Source: the human T2T-CHM13v2.0 reference genome, Homo sapiens. From it: a stretch of 64,000 nucleotides of DNA. The stretch lies in assembly GCF_009914755.1 (NCBI RefSeq), contig NC_060931.1. One strand, written 5' to 3'. Below, in pieces: positions 31,091-48,536 of this stretch; positions within the stretch are counted from its first letter, which is position 1, and every line of letters starts with the position of its first letter. The notes beneath the pieces were generated by a model that was given only the letters and a program-made list of their open reading frames with translations, did not search any database and had not been told where the DNA came from. The position numbers were made by a program, and so were the translations under genes.

Positions 31091-33477
31091 TTACTTGTTT
31101 CTTATCAATAACTACCAGAATTAAATAGCATAGACAACCAATTGGTGCCAAACAGTATTTAATTTTGTGAATTTTTATTCTCCTTTTTTTTTTCTGCTGG
31201 AGTAGGGTTATTTCCTTTTTAGAGGGAAATGAATGATGGAGATACGACATTAATTAACTTGCATGGATCCATGATCCTGCTTCTCCCTAGAGGAAGCACA
31301 GTTATTCCCCAACTAACTTTTAAATGCTAATTGAGTAATTAGAGATTGAAAAGAGACACTGTCTTTAGGAGAAGATAGGAAATAAAAAAAAAAAAACAGA
31401 ACTAAAGAATTAAACCACTTTCTAACTTGAAAAGTTTTATAATTTTTATTTGCATTTTGCTAAATTTATAGGAGTAAATTATATGTATGCATTTGATGTC
31501 TCATTTATTCATATGGAAAATAATTGGAGATTTGTTACTATCAAGTTGCTGTAAAAAGTAATCTAGCTTTATATTTTGTACACTATTAGATGCGTTTACA
31601 TCCAATTTTTGTGCTAAATTTTCTTTGAGGGTTTTTTAAAGCTATTTTATTTGCATTTAAACATTTAGTTTTGCTATCTGCCTACTCATATGTTCTCACC
31701 TTTAAACTCCATAATAGAGATAACCATGGAGTGTTTTCCATACTGAAAGTAGTACATAAACTGCAGGGGTTGTATTATATAATGTTTAGCATCTCTTCTA
31801 ACTCTGTCATTCTATGATTCAATCAACATTTTAAAACTTTGAGTGGGGGCAGGGGTTAACTTGTATTCAGATTAACTTTAAAAAAGATAATAGCATTTTT
31901 GTACTATGAGCTATTGCTTAACTTACATAGCTTTTATTCTATTTTTTTTCTTTTTGTAAATTTCTCTTATGGAATTTTTTAAAAAATGTAATGAATGGAA
32001 TTCATTGCCATGTCAGTACTGTAAAACTCTATAGTTAAACTAAAAGTATAATGACCATTTGTAATTCAAGCTCATTGTTATTAGAAATATATTTGGTTAT
32101 AAAAGTTCTTAATGGCCTTCACAGTGAAGTGACCCTGGATTATACTGTCATCAGTGATGTTAAGATTCCTGCAGTGTCACTACCTTGACCTCTCTCCTTC
32201 GTGCCCCAGAAAACAATAATTAAAAGTCTCTTTCTCTGAGGTGTAATGCAGCAACTATTCAAATAACTGTTATGATGATGCCAGTATTCTAAACAGCCTT
32301 CTTTCATGTTTGCTGTACAAAGGGAAACTTAGTCACCAAAATAAGTTTATATTAAGTTAAATATTGAAATATTTGGAGTGATTGGTAACTCTTGAGCTGG
32401 CAGTCTTCTGGTACTCTGTCAGCTACTCCGAGTAGCCAGCCTTGTGCATCTTTACCCATGATCTCAAGATATTCCCATCCTCCTGGCAAAAAAAGGTGGC
32501 CAGTGTGCCTGGGAGTTGAAATGTGTTTTTGTTTTTTTAACTGTTTGCTAAGAGCTTAGTAAAAAATGAGTCCCTTGCTATGTATTGAGAAGTTGAGTAA
32601 GTGTATCTTTGAAACTCTTCCTTTGCCAACCTGTTTGTTTATAACATAGGATATGTTTATATGAAGTCCAAGAATGTACATAAACTCATATCCAAGGCAT
32701 TCGTTGCCTGGCATCAGAATACCTAGAAAGGTAAATTAGTAATGAGAAGATTTCTAATGAGTATATCATCAGATGAAAGTAAAACTGAGAAATTTGAAGT
32801 CCGATGAGTTTTCCCGACCACAAATTAGACTGCATCACTCCTGTTGACTACATGGCTGTGTAACTGAATCAGTGGTTCTCTCCTGGATGGTGCTGAAGAG
32901 CCTGGCACACCCTGCTTCCTGGGTATCCCTTTCCTTTGTTCACATTGACCATCTTCCTTCTTATCAGCAGTCTGTCCCCAGACATATACAATACAGTTGG
33001 CTCTGTTCTAGTTTATAACTTCATTCTAGTCCTGCCTTCTTGAGATTATATACCAGGGTAACCTTCATTAAAATTTGGGTGTGAGATGGTTAATCAAAAA
33101 ATAATTTTGGATTTTATCAGCATGGTTCTCAAGGGGTAATCATATTTCTCTCATTTACAAGTTCTTGAGGGCCATCTCACTGTTGTCACTGTGAAACATC
33201 TGTCAATTCATAAAGAGTCCTTGTGTTGACAGACTTTAGGTCATGTACAGATGGTAGATGTAGAGTTGGATGATATTATGTAGGCTCATTCTCATTTAGG
33301 ATTAAAAAGAAGGTTCCAATAGTTACAAACATGAAAGCAGGATAAAAAGAACTGAACCTAAATGTAATTAACGTGTGCCCCAAGAGTATTTTAATTTTAA
33401 TTCTAATTTTGTCAAAATCACGTGGTTTATTACTGTTAGATTTGTTATTCCAGGTTGTATATCTATTGTATTTTCAG

Positions 33478-33626
33478 GAAGTTTCAGCTGATCCTACTGC
33501 CACACTCACAGCAGCAGAAGAAAGAAAGGAGAAGGTGCCAAGTCCACACCTCAGTCACCTAGTGGTTTTGACATCTGGGGATACGTTGTATGGGTTGGCA
33601 GAAAGAGTGGTAGCCACGGAATCCTT
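33478..33626 (+). CDS. VPS50: VPS50 coding exon (EVSADPTAT...ERVVATES-L)
   Basis: Acceptor ttttcag|GAA, donor TT|gtaagt; 149 nt. Confidence 0.94.
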
Positions 33627-34157
33627 GTAAGTTGTTCAAAACAGTTGCGTTGCCATTAAATATTTAAGAAACTTTATAAAAGAAGCATTGTTTAATTAGA
33701 CTTCTAGTTAGCTGCATACATCTACCACTTCTAAATATCACTTATATGTTTCTGAGAAGTATATTCTAACACAGATTACCAATTGATTTTTTAAACTGCA
33801 TGGTTGGTTTTTCAGTTATAGAAATGGAAAGAAGGAAATCTTTTAATTTTCAGCCTTTAACAACATGATCCATGCTTTAAGTACAACTTTAAAAAGCATT
33901 ATACTATGCTTCATATTTTCCTATTGATGACTTATGATCTCAGGAGAAGCTGTAGTTGCATTGTCAATTTAGTGTTAAGTATAGTTGATCCTTGACATCA
34001 ATAAGAATGCTTCCTGGGGAGAAGCCAAGATGGCCGAATAGGAACAGCTCCAGTCTGCAGCTCCCAGCGTGAACGACACAGAAGACGGGTGATTTCTGCA
34101 TTTCCATCTGAGGTACCGGGTTCATCTCACTAGGGAGTGCCAGACAGTGGGCGCAGG

Positions 34158-34466
34158 TCAGTGGGTGCGCGCACTGTGCATGAGCCGAAGCAGGGCGAGG
34201 CATTGCCTCACTAGGGAAGCACAAGGGGTCAGGGAGTTCCCTTTCCTAGTCAAAGAAAGTGGTGACAGACGGCACCTGCAAATCTGGGTCACTCCCACCC
34301 GAATACTGTGCTTTTCCGACGGGCTTAAAAAACGGTGCATCAGGAGATTATATCCCGCACCTGGCTCGGAGGGTCCCATGCCCACGAAGTCTCGCTGATT
34401 GCTAGCACAGCAGTCTGAGATCAAACTGCAAGGCGGCAGTGACGCTGGGGGAGGGGCGCCCGCCAT
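34158..34466 (-). CDS. L1 ORF0, open frame of 102 aa (MAGAPPPASLPPCSLISDCCASNQRD...)
   Basis: ATG at 34466 on the - strand in GCAATGG context; N-terminus matches primate L1 ORF0; expression not shown. Confidence 0.6.
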   Translation of the reverse strand: MAGAPPPASLPPCSLISDCCASNQRDFVGMGPSEPGAGYNLLMHRFLSPSEKHSIRVGVTQICRCRLSPLSLTRKGNSLTPCASLVRQCLALLRLMHSARTH

Positions 34467-34925
34467 TGCCCAGGCTTGCTTAGGTAAACAAAGCAGCCTG
34501 GAAGCTCGAACTGGTTGGAGCCCACCACAGCCCAAGGAGGCCTGCCTGCCTCTGTAGGCTCCACCTCTGGGGGCAGGGCACAGACAAACAAAAAGACAGC
34601 AGTAACCTCTGCAGACTTAAATGTCCCTGTCTGACAGCTTTGAAGAGAGCAGTGGTTCTCCCAGCACGCAGCTGGAGATCTGAGAACGGGCAGACTGCCT
34701 CAAGTGGGTCCCTGACCACTGACCCCTGATCCCCGAGCAGCCGAACTGGGAGGCACCCCCCAGCAGGGGCACACTGACACCTCACACGACTGGGTACTCC
34801 AACAGACCTGCAGCTGAGGGTCTTGTCTGTTAGAAGGAAAACTAACAAACAGAAAGGACATCCACACCAAAAACCCATCTGTACATCACCATCATCAAAG
34901 ACCAAAAGTAGATAAAACCACAAAG

Positions 34926-35939
34926 ATGGGGAAAAAAACAGAGCAGAAAACCTGGAAACTCTAAAAAGCACAGCGCCTCTCCTCCTCCAAAGGAACACAG
35001 TTCCTCACCAGCAACGGAACAAAGCTGGACGGAGAATGACTTTGACGAGCTGAGAGAAGAAGGCTTCAGATGATCAAATTACTCCGAGCTACGGGAGGAC
35101 ATTCAAACCAAAGGCAAAGAAGTAGAAAACTTTGAAAAAAATTTAGACGAATGTATAAGTAGAATAACCAATACAGAGAAGTGCTTAAAGGAGCTGATGG
35201 AGCTGAAAACCAAGGCTCGAGAACTACGTGAAGAATGCAGAAGCCTCAGGAGCCGATGCGATCAACTGGAAGAAAGGGTATCAGCGATGGAAGATGAAAT
35301 GAATGAAATGAAGCGAGAAGGGAAGTTTAGAGAAAAGAGAATAAAAAGAAATGAACAAAGCCTCCAAGAAATATGGGACTATGTGAAAAGACCAAATCTA
35401 CGTCTGATTGGTGTACCTGAAAGTGACGGGGAGAATGGAACCAAGTTGGAAGACACTCTGCAGGATATTATCCAGGAGAACTTCCCCAATCTAGCAAGGC
35501 AGGCCAACGTTCAGATTCAGGAAATACAGAGAATGCCACAAAGATACTCCTCGAGAAGAGCAACACCAAGACACATAATTGTCAGATTCACCAAAGTTGA
35601 AATGAAGGAAAAAATGTTAAGGGCAGCCAGAGAGAAAGGTCGGGTTACCCTCAAAGGGAAGCCCATCAGACTAACAGCAGATCTCTCGGCAGAAACTCTA
35701 CAAGCCAGAAGAGAGTAGGGGCCAATATTCAACATTCTTAAAAGAATTTCCAACCCAGAATTTCATATCCAGCCAAACTAAGCTTCATAAGTGAAGGAGA
35801 AATAAAATACTTTACAGACAAGCAAATGCTGAGAGATTTTGTCACCACCAGGCCTGCCCTAAAAGAGCTCCTGAAGGAAGCGCTAAACCTGGAAAGGAAC
35901 AACCGGTACCAGCCGCTGCAAAATCATGCCAAAATGTAA
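34926..35939 (+). pseudogene. L1 ORF1, disrupted
   Basis: Extra A shortly after the ATG, TGA at 35071, TAG at 35716. Confidence 0.92.
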
Positions 35940-36002
35940 AGACCATCCAGACTAGGAAGAAACTGCATCAACTAACGAGCAAAATAACCAGCTAACATCA
36001 TA

Positions 36003-40229
<4,227 letters not shown>

Positions 40230-41168
40230 ACAATGAGAACACACGGACACAGGAAGGGAAACATCACACTCTGGGGACTGTTGTGGGGTGGGGGGAGGGG
40301 GGAGGGATAGCACTGGGAGATATACCTAATGCTAGATGACGAGTTAATGGGTGCAGCGCACCAGCATGGCACATGTATACCTATGTAAGTAACCTGCACA
40401 TTGTGCACATGTACCCTAAAAAAGTATTATAATAATAATAATTAAAAAAAAGGAAAAAAAAAGAATGCTTCCTGACCTTTATAAATCCCTAAAGTTAGTA
40501 ATACAATTAACGCATATAACTTCTTTGGCATTTCTATAAAATGTAGTCCAATATAACATAAGAGTTTTTGCATTAGTAAGAAAAAGCAGAAAAAGACAGT
40601 GCCTGGATGCAGTGCAACTGCAGGCAGTAGTCCAGGCTCCTTCACCAGCCCACTGACTCCCATTCCTGTACCCAGCCTCTGGCACCTGTCATTCATCTGT
40701 GATACTCAGCCAAGTTACAGTCTGCTGCCTATTAGGAATGTTGGGGTTACTTCTGAAAAGTGTCAGATATTGAATCTGAGATTTCAAGAGTCTGTTGTGT
40801 ATAACTGAATGAGATCTTTAAAAGAAATCCTTTAAAAAAATACCCTTGTGTTCTTTTTTCAACCTGCTACTCTGGGCTCACATCTTACATTTGAAGCACA
40901 TGACTACACCTCATCATAAGCTGCTTGGCTCCTTTGAAGTTGTTCTTCTTTCACCTCAACTTCCATTCAGTCATAAACTCAGCATTATTTATTGTGTAGA
41001 TTATAAATGAACATGTCAAGTGGTAGTACAGGTTCGTCCACTAAAGTGGAAAGTAATTTTTATTGTTAAAGTTTTGCTCAGAAATGTTAAAAAATACTTA
41101 TACGAAAGCATGACAGGCTCTAAATCCTACACAATTTGTTTACACAGTGGGTTATTTATTCCCTTTAG

Positions 41169-41265
41169 GGTATTCTTGGCTGAACAGTTTGAGTTCCTTC
41201 AGCCACATCTGGATGCTGTGATGCCTGCAGTCAAAAAGCCCTTTCTTCAGCAGTTCTATTCTCAG
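41169..41265 (+). CDS. VPS50: VPS50 coding exon ([10 protein letters not shown]...QQFYSQ)
   Basis: Acceptor ccctttag|G, donor CAG|gtcaga; 97 nt. Confidence 0.95.
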
Positions 41266-41394
41266 GTCAGACATGGTCTTGTATGTCATTTCAACTGTGA
41301 GGAAGATAGGACTGTCACAGATTATTTAGATTTTTTGTTGTTTTTTTTAACTGGAAGTCAGTCTTGAAACCCCAGGAGAGCCAGATAAAATATT

Positions 41395-42070
41395 CATTTA
41401 TTCACTCATGAATTCCTACATTAAATACATACTATCGAGCACCTCATGTAACTTTTAGACTAGTGAGAGAGAGAGCATCAGTTAAAAGTGTTAAAATAAA
41501 GCATGATAAGTACTGTGGTAAGGGGAAAGTGCCATGAGTGTATTTAACCCAGACTGGAGAAGGGGAGAGGCTTTGGGTGGGAGAAGGTCATCTAGAAAGG
41601 CTATCTAGAGGACGTAATGTTTAAACTGGACCAGCAGGGTAGAGAGGGTGAATGAGGGATGGATTCTAGACAAAGGGAATGGCATGTCTGAAGACCTGCA
41701 GGTGAGAAAGAGCATGGTGCATGCAAACAGCTGAGGAAAGCTTGTTAGAGTTGGGAGGAGGTCTGGGGATGAGAAAGATGGCTGGGGCAATCAGCAGGAA
41801 CCACTGGCATGTAAAGCACCCTGCTTCAGGAGTTGGACTTTATTTGGAGGGCATGGAAGCTCCTGGAGGGTTTGAAACAGGTGAGTGGCATGGTTGGGTT
41901 TGTGTTTTAGTTTTCTGGGGGCATTGTGGAAGAAAGGACTGTAGACAGTCCTAGAGACAGGGAAACTAATTTGAAGGCTGCTGCAGTATTGCAGGGGAGA
42001 GATGGTGGAATCCTGACATCATGTAGTGGGAGTGGAAATGGAGAGAAGTGGAAGAATTTGAGAAGTAATT
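41395..42070. mobile_element. L2 fragment
   Basis: attcatttattcactca start followed by purine-rich L2-like body. Confidence 0.6.
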
Positions 42071-42332
42071 GCTAGGCTACATGAAGAGCTCTAGTTCTTT
42101 GACAGTTGCAGTGTCAATGGCTTCAAGTTTATTGAATGTCTCAAAATTATGTTTTGAGTAAGGCCTTTGCCTTCACTCAAATATTCAAATTATTTTCATC
42201 ATAATTTAAATCTCCAAATATATAGTGTTTTATTTTCAGATATGATATATACTGGAAACAGGGGCAAGTATTCTTTATCAATATGATACTTTTAGAAAAT
42301 AATTGTTTTCATTTTTGTGAAATTTATTTCAG

Positions 42333-42491
42333 ACAGTCTCAACCGCCAGTGAACTACGGAAACCAATTTACTGGATTGTAGCTGGTAAAGCCCTTGATTA
42401 TGAACAGATGCTGCTTCTCATGGCTAATGTGAAATGGGATGTAAAAGAAATTATGTCACAGCACAACATATATGTAGATGCACTATTAAAG
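42333..42491 (+). CDS. VPS50: VPS50 coding exon ([10 protein letters not shown]...YVDALLK) with GC donor
   Basis: Acceptor atttcag|ACA, donor AAG|gcaagt; 159 nt = 53 codons; joins the next exon in frame. Confidence 0.93.
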
Positions 42492-43876
42492 GCAAGTGTT
42501 CTGGGAAGCACCTGTGCTAAAGATCAATCTACTAAGAGAAGTGTTCCTTTATTGCAGTGGCTCTAAAATAGTAAGATTATAGTTATTACCACATTTCTAG
42601 CATTGTGGTATTAAAGCCCCTGAATTGAAATAGGCTTACTTTCTGAATTTGTCTTCTATTAGCTCTAAGAATACGTCGTAGATTTTTTAGCTTTGTTCAC
42701 TAATTTCCCATTTTGAGTTGTTGTATGTCGTGGCTGACTTTCATATTATGTAATCTCAGTAGCCATCACTATAATGACAAGAAGATATTTCTGTTTAATT
42801 AGAAATTATTTCTGTAGTTTAGCATAATATTCATTAGCAAGAGACCATGCCTCTGATTATTCGGGGTAAAAATCACACTACTTTTGCAGTGTGTCATACA
42901 AACACCTCTTTGGAGCCAATGACCTGTGTTTATATGTTTCCTGGAAAGAATTGTGGTTTTTTTTCATTGATGCATGAATAAGATATCTGTAGATCACCTG
43001 ATATGTGTCACACGCTGATAGAAGTGCTGGCAGTATAGCTGTGAATTCAGGAACTTATGTGCCCTCAAGGAATTTACATGCCAGGGCAGAGATAGCAGTA
43101 AACAGGTAAATTGAGATATAATATCAGATGATGAATAATGCTGTGAAAAAAAAAGCAAAATCATCTGAAGAGAGATAGAGAATGACAGGATGTGAGTGGA
43201 AGAGGAAGACCATGTATTGTCATGCTCAGAGAAGGACCCTGATAAGGTGAGACTGGAGATGAGGCCTGAGGGAAGTAAGGAAATAAAGTGTGGAAAGAGC
43301 ATCTGAGAAAATGAAAGTAACTTTCAGGAAAAATGTGTTTTCATTTTTGTAAATGAAAAGAAAATTGTCCCTTCTTAACCTCCTTACTTTAATCTCATTT
43401 ACACAATCATTCTTACCTGCTTAGACCAAGTCAACAAATAAGAGCCTAGGACAGCTGAGAACCAATGAACAGAGCCATAGATTTAAAATAGAGATGGTAA
43501 TGGAGTTCCTTCAGTCACCCAACTCCCAGCAATTTATGGTCCCCTTTGGAGGCCTAGGTTGAAGACTGTGAGGCTGTCTCCAGACTCCGGGACTAATTGT
43601 GCCAACATCAGTAACCAATTGCTAGGAGTTTCCATAGAGATCTTAGCGGGGAATGACACCAAGGGTGCTCTATATTTGCCACTCTGGAATTCAGAGACCA
43701 TTGACCTTGAAAGAGAATCAAAGAAATAACTTGGTTTCTAGAGCACCCAGGAGATTTCAATTGCAAATTTTCATTTGGAATGTAAAAGATGAATGTAATT
43801 TATAAATAATGATACCCCTTCTTTTTTTTTTAACAATTCTGTTTTTGAAAAAATGGTTCTATTTTTTATGACATGC

Positions 43877-44235
43877 TGTCTTAGTCCTTTAGGATACTAC
43901 AACAAAGTTCCACAGACTAGGTGGCTTATAAGCAGAGCAGTTATTTCTCACCGTTCTGGAGGCTGAGAAGTTCAAGATCAAGATCAAGGCTCAGGCAGAT
44001 TTGGTGTCTAGTGAAGGTTTGATTTCTCATAGATGTCACCTTGCTGTACCCTAACATGGTAAAAAAGGCAAGGCAGCTCTCTGGGGCTCTTTTATAAGGG
44101 TGTTAATTCCCTTGGTGAGAGCTTGGCCCTCATGACCTAATCACTTTTAAAAAGCCCCACCTCCCAATACCATCACCCTGGGATTAGGATTTCAACATAT
44201 GAATTTAGGGAGGATACAACATTCAGACCATAGAA
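43877..44235 (-). mobile_element. MLT1A-type MaLR LTR with 5-bp TSD CAT(G/A)C
   Basis: tgtcttagtcc...cattcagaccatagaa. Confidence 0.82.
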
Positions 44236-45363
44236 CATACTAACCATGATCCTTATAGGGTGCAAAAAAAAAAGATTTCTGTGCTCAACAGATACACATG
44301 CTGTGAGGAGGCTGCTTGTTTCAGTTATTTGTTATTCCAGTTATAAGAAAGAACTCGTGTTACTCAGAGTATTAACCTGAGCCCAATTTTTAGCAGCTTA
44401 AGGCCTTCTTTAAGCATAAAGGTTAATTATCTGTGATAACTTTTGTTCTTTCTGTTACTTTTCTAAGTCTAAGCATCTAAATCTAAACAATCTGCTTATA
44501 TTGCCCCAAAAGAATCATAAGAAAAATGAAATGTTTGTATGATTCATTTTATAACAAGCATTTTTGAGCATTTAATTTAGCAATAAGTAGAATGTTATTT
44601 TGTACACAAAGCATTTTATACATATAGCTTTATCTTTTAAATAAAATATTGATGAAAAATATTGAATTATGACTCTTGAAATCCAAAGCAGTTTAAGGAA
44701 TGCATAAATAAATACAGTAACAAATACTACTACTCTCCTAGATCCATGAAATGAAACAACAGACAAAGAGCAATTATTTGTATAGTTTTGATTTTCAAAG
44801 GTAAATTTTGTGAATTGACAATCCACTTCTTTTTAATAATTAAAAGCAACGAATTGTTAAAAATAAATTAGCAAGAAAAATTGTGATTTAGGAAGTAGCA
44901 AAAGAGCAGAGGATAACACAGTTGTCATTAGCCTGAGTGGTGATCAGATTAGATTTTTTCTCCTGTGTATTATTAGAAAAGTTGAACACGTCAGTCTTGT
45001 TAAACATTGTGTAGCTTCTCTATTCAGGTAACTAAAGAAAAATGTCATTTTAAGTCTTCTTATATTTGAAATATATTGCCAGGGAACAGTCAACAGCATT
45101 TACTTCTGTAAATGAGTATATTTAAATAGCAGTAGTCCAAAGAGACCAAAAACACATCCATTGAAGGCTAAACCTTCTGCTCTTTCCGTCTAATTATTGG
45201 AGTTGTCTAAATCAGGTATATGTATTTATATTTTTAGTATGATCATGTCATAAAAGACAATAAAAATATTCAGTTTTTCTGTAGGTAATAGAAACTATGT
45301 TTTATTGTTTCCGTTGTACTAAAAATTTGCAGCTAGAGTATGATTTTTTAATCATTTGGTATA

Positions 45364-45607
45364 CAGGTTGAGCATCCCAAATTCGAAAATCCAGTATTTC
45401 AAATAATCCAGAATCTAAAACTTCTTGAGTGCCAGCATGACACTCAGAGGAACTGGTCATTGGAGCATTTCAGAATTCTGGTTTGAGATTTTCAGATTTG
45501 GGATTCTCAACCAGTAGGTATAATGCAAATATTCCAAAACTGGAAAAAATCCAGAGTCCAAAAATGCTTCTGGCCCCAAGCATTTTAGATAAGGCATCCT
45601 CAACCCA
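45364..45607. mobile_element. Tigger4a/MER46-like MITE with TA TSD
   Basis: TA-caggttgagcatcc...gcatcctcaaccca-TA terminal inverted repeats. Confidence 0.8.
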
Positions 45608-46097
45608 TATAATTATTTATTTTTAAAAAGTGTTTAGGAAAAGTGATAATTTATTAGATTGCACTCTGAAGAGTATAGATACAAATCACAAATAGTTCTG
45701 AACTGAACGCATGTCAAACCATGTTTTTAAACCTGGGTTTCTTGAAGATATTTTTAAAGCCAAATTAGGTCATTCAGCTCTATTCATCTGTACTGACAAC
45801 CATAGAAAATTTTGAGATATTGGACATTGTTAACATTGTTTAATCAGTTAATGACACTTACTCCTTTTGCGATAAAATGTAGTGTACTCTGTACTATAAC
45901 ATAATCTATTTAAACTAGTGCATATATGTTTTTAAGGCCTTCATACTAAGTCCAAATTATCTTTGGCATTATCTTTTTTGATTTTACTTGGTTTGATTCT
46001 GAGTCTTTCTAAATCTTTTTTATTTAAACAATTTTTATGGGAAAGCATTGTGGCATTTTAATGATATTCACAAACAGCTACCTATTTGTCTTCTTAG

Positions 46098-46219
46098 GAA
46101 TTTGAGCAGTTTAACAGGAGGCTAAATGAAGTTTCTAAGAGAGTTCGCATACCCTTGCCTGTGTCTAATATACTTTGGGAACATTGTATACGATTGGCTA
46201 ATCGAACTATTGTAGAAGG
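46098..46219 (+). CDS. VPS50: VPS50 coding exon (EFEQFNRRL...RTIVE-G)
   Basis: Acceptor ttcttag|GAA, donor GG|gtaagt; 122 nt. Confidence 0.95.
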
Positions 46220-46736
46220 GTAAGTTTTTCATGAAAGCATTATTTGTTTCTTTAATGACAAATTGTAATATATGAATAACATACGGTATTAATGGTTGGA
46301 GAGAATAAGTAGAAATAATAACAACTAGCAGACAAGTTTGGGATATAATTAGAGAAGAAACCTTAGACCCCACTGTGTCTGTCTCTGTCTCTGCTTTCTT
46401 TTCTTGCTAGTGGCATAGAACCAGCTAGTAGATGAGTGAGGAATGCAGAATCTAATGGTTATCTGAAAGTTAAACTAACATTATTACTTAATAATAAAAT
46501 TATGATGGTGATGATTGTTATACCTAACCTTTTTTGAGCATTAACTATGTGTTATTTACCAAACCAAACATTTCACAGGATTATGTCACCAAACCTGAAA
46601 TAAACTCTCTTTGGTAGGTACTATGATTCTGTTTTATCAATGAGAAAACCTAGTCTCAGAAAACCGAGACTTAAAGAGGTTAGGTAACTTATCTAAGTTC
46701 ACACAGTTTTTAAAGGCATATGTACCCCTGATTTCT

Positions 46737-47049
46737 TTTTTTCTTTTCTTTTCTTTCTTTTTTTTTTTTGAGACAGTCTTGTTTTGTTGCCCAGGCTGGA
46801 GTGCAGTGGTGCAATCTGGGCTCACTGCAGCCTCTGCCTCCTGGGCTCAAGCAATTCTTGTGCCTCAGCCTCCTGAGCAGCTGAAACTACAGGTGTGTGC
46901 CACCATGCCCACTAATTTTTTGTATTTTTAGTAGAGATGGGGTTTCACCATGTTGGCCAAGCTGTTCTTGATCTCCTGGCCTCAAGTTGATCCGCCCACC
47001 TAAGCCTCCCAAAGTACTGGGATTACAGGCGTGAGCCACCATGCCTGGT
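46737..47049 (-). mobile_element. AluS inserted in a MIR; TSD ~T(G/A)TAC(C/T)CCTGATTTCT
   Basis: TSD at 46721-46736 and 47050-47065; MIR core (tgagaaaacc..gacttaaagaggttaggtaactt) upstream. Confidence 0.9.
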
Positions 47050-48346
47050 TATACTCCTGATTTCTGGTGGTAAAATCAGCCCTCGTAACCCTTATATCAT
47101 CATTAATAATAATCACCATCATATCACTGTAAACTCTATAAATCTTTCATGTGTTGAAGTTATGGATCTATTAATAGTAATTTTCCCACTTACTCAGAGA
47201 CCATGCTTACTCTGCCCATAACATCTAGGATACAAATAAGGATCAGTAATACATCTGAAATATCCCTGAGAAGCGAACAGCTATTTCAAAGACCCTGTAC
47301 AGTGCTCTAGAATTGCACATCAGTTGAATATTCACACTATCATTTGTCTGATTTTTCTTTTGTTCTCATTTGTTATACAAAATAATGTATTAGAAAGTGG
47401 GAAGATGACAGTGACAAGCTGACAACGGTCGTGGCACTCTGTATTGAAACCAGCAGTGCTATAAATTATAAAAAGGCTGTGTCAGCAATCACGAATGAAG
47501 AGTATTTTAAATAAATTTGTTTAAGTCGAAATGTGAATAATATATGTAATACTTCTGTATAAAATACTCTTTTTTTAAAAAAAAAAAAAAAGCTTGGTCA
47601 TTTTAAATAAAATAAGCTTTTATTTTCTTGCAACTTTCCTTAAGGTAAGTACCTCATTCCCACAGTTGAATTTTCCATGTTCTGTATGATTGATTGAAGA
47701 AATGAAACATTGACTTAATGAGCAATAAAGTGTTGTATTGTTAGGGTTTGTATATTTGTCTTTATTACTTAGTCCACCTTAAAACACACTGTTTCAGTAG
47801 TGTAGAATATCAGAATAGGTCTATAAGCTTTTTATCATGAAAAATATATATATACTTTCTATGCTTACATGCTTACACATTTCTTTATGTTTTCAGAGTG
47901 TTCATGGGAGAATTATTTCATTTGTTTCTTTTGCATTGCATTGAATATTGAACAGTTTTATAAAACTAAGATTACTTTGAAGTATTCAAAGCTTAGTTTT
48001 TATAAAGTAACTCTTGGCAGCCAGATTAACTGGAATACCAGTTTAACTTTCTTACAGACAATTATGTTGATTGAATACAGAGATCCGTGGTCTGTAGAAC
48101 AACAAAGAGACTTGAACTCATTGGATCTCTTTGCAAATGAGAAAACTGAGGCCCGCATAGGTAAAATGACAGAGCACAAACACAACCCAGTCTTTCTGAC
48201 TCAAGGCTTATGTTCTCTATTTCCTATAACCCTCTCATTTCTGGGGAATCTGTCCAAATATAGGTTAGAGAAAACTTCAAATACCTGACAGTTTTTTGTT
48301 TCTAATTATCCTATAATGTATTTTTTTTTATTGTTTTGCATCTTAG

Positions 48347-48536
48347 ATATGCCAATGTCAAGAAATGCAGTAATGAGGGTCGTGCCCTGATGCAATTGGA
48401 TTTTCAACAGTTTTTAATGAAACTTGAAAAACTAACAGATATTAGACCCATTCCTGATAAAGAATTTGTAGAAACTTATATTAAAGCTTATTACCTAACT
48501 GAGAATGACATGGAACGGTGGATCAAAGAGCACAGG
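48347..48536 (+). CDS. VPS50: VPS50 coding exon ([19 protein letters not shown]...IKEHR)
   Basis: Acceptor tcttag|A, donor AGG|gtgaga; 190 nt; contains the conserved [16 protein letters not shown] motif of the syndetin C-terminal domain. Confidence 0.97.
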
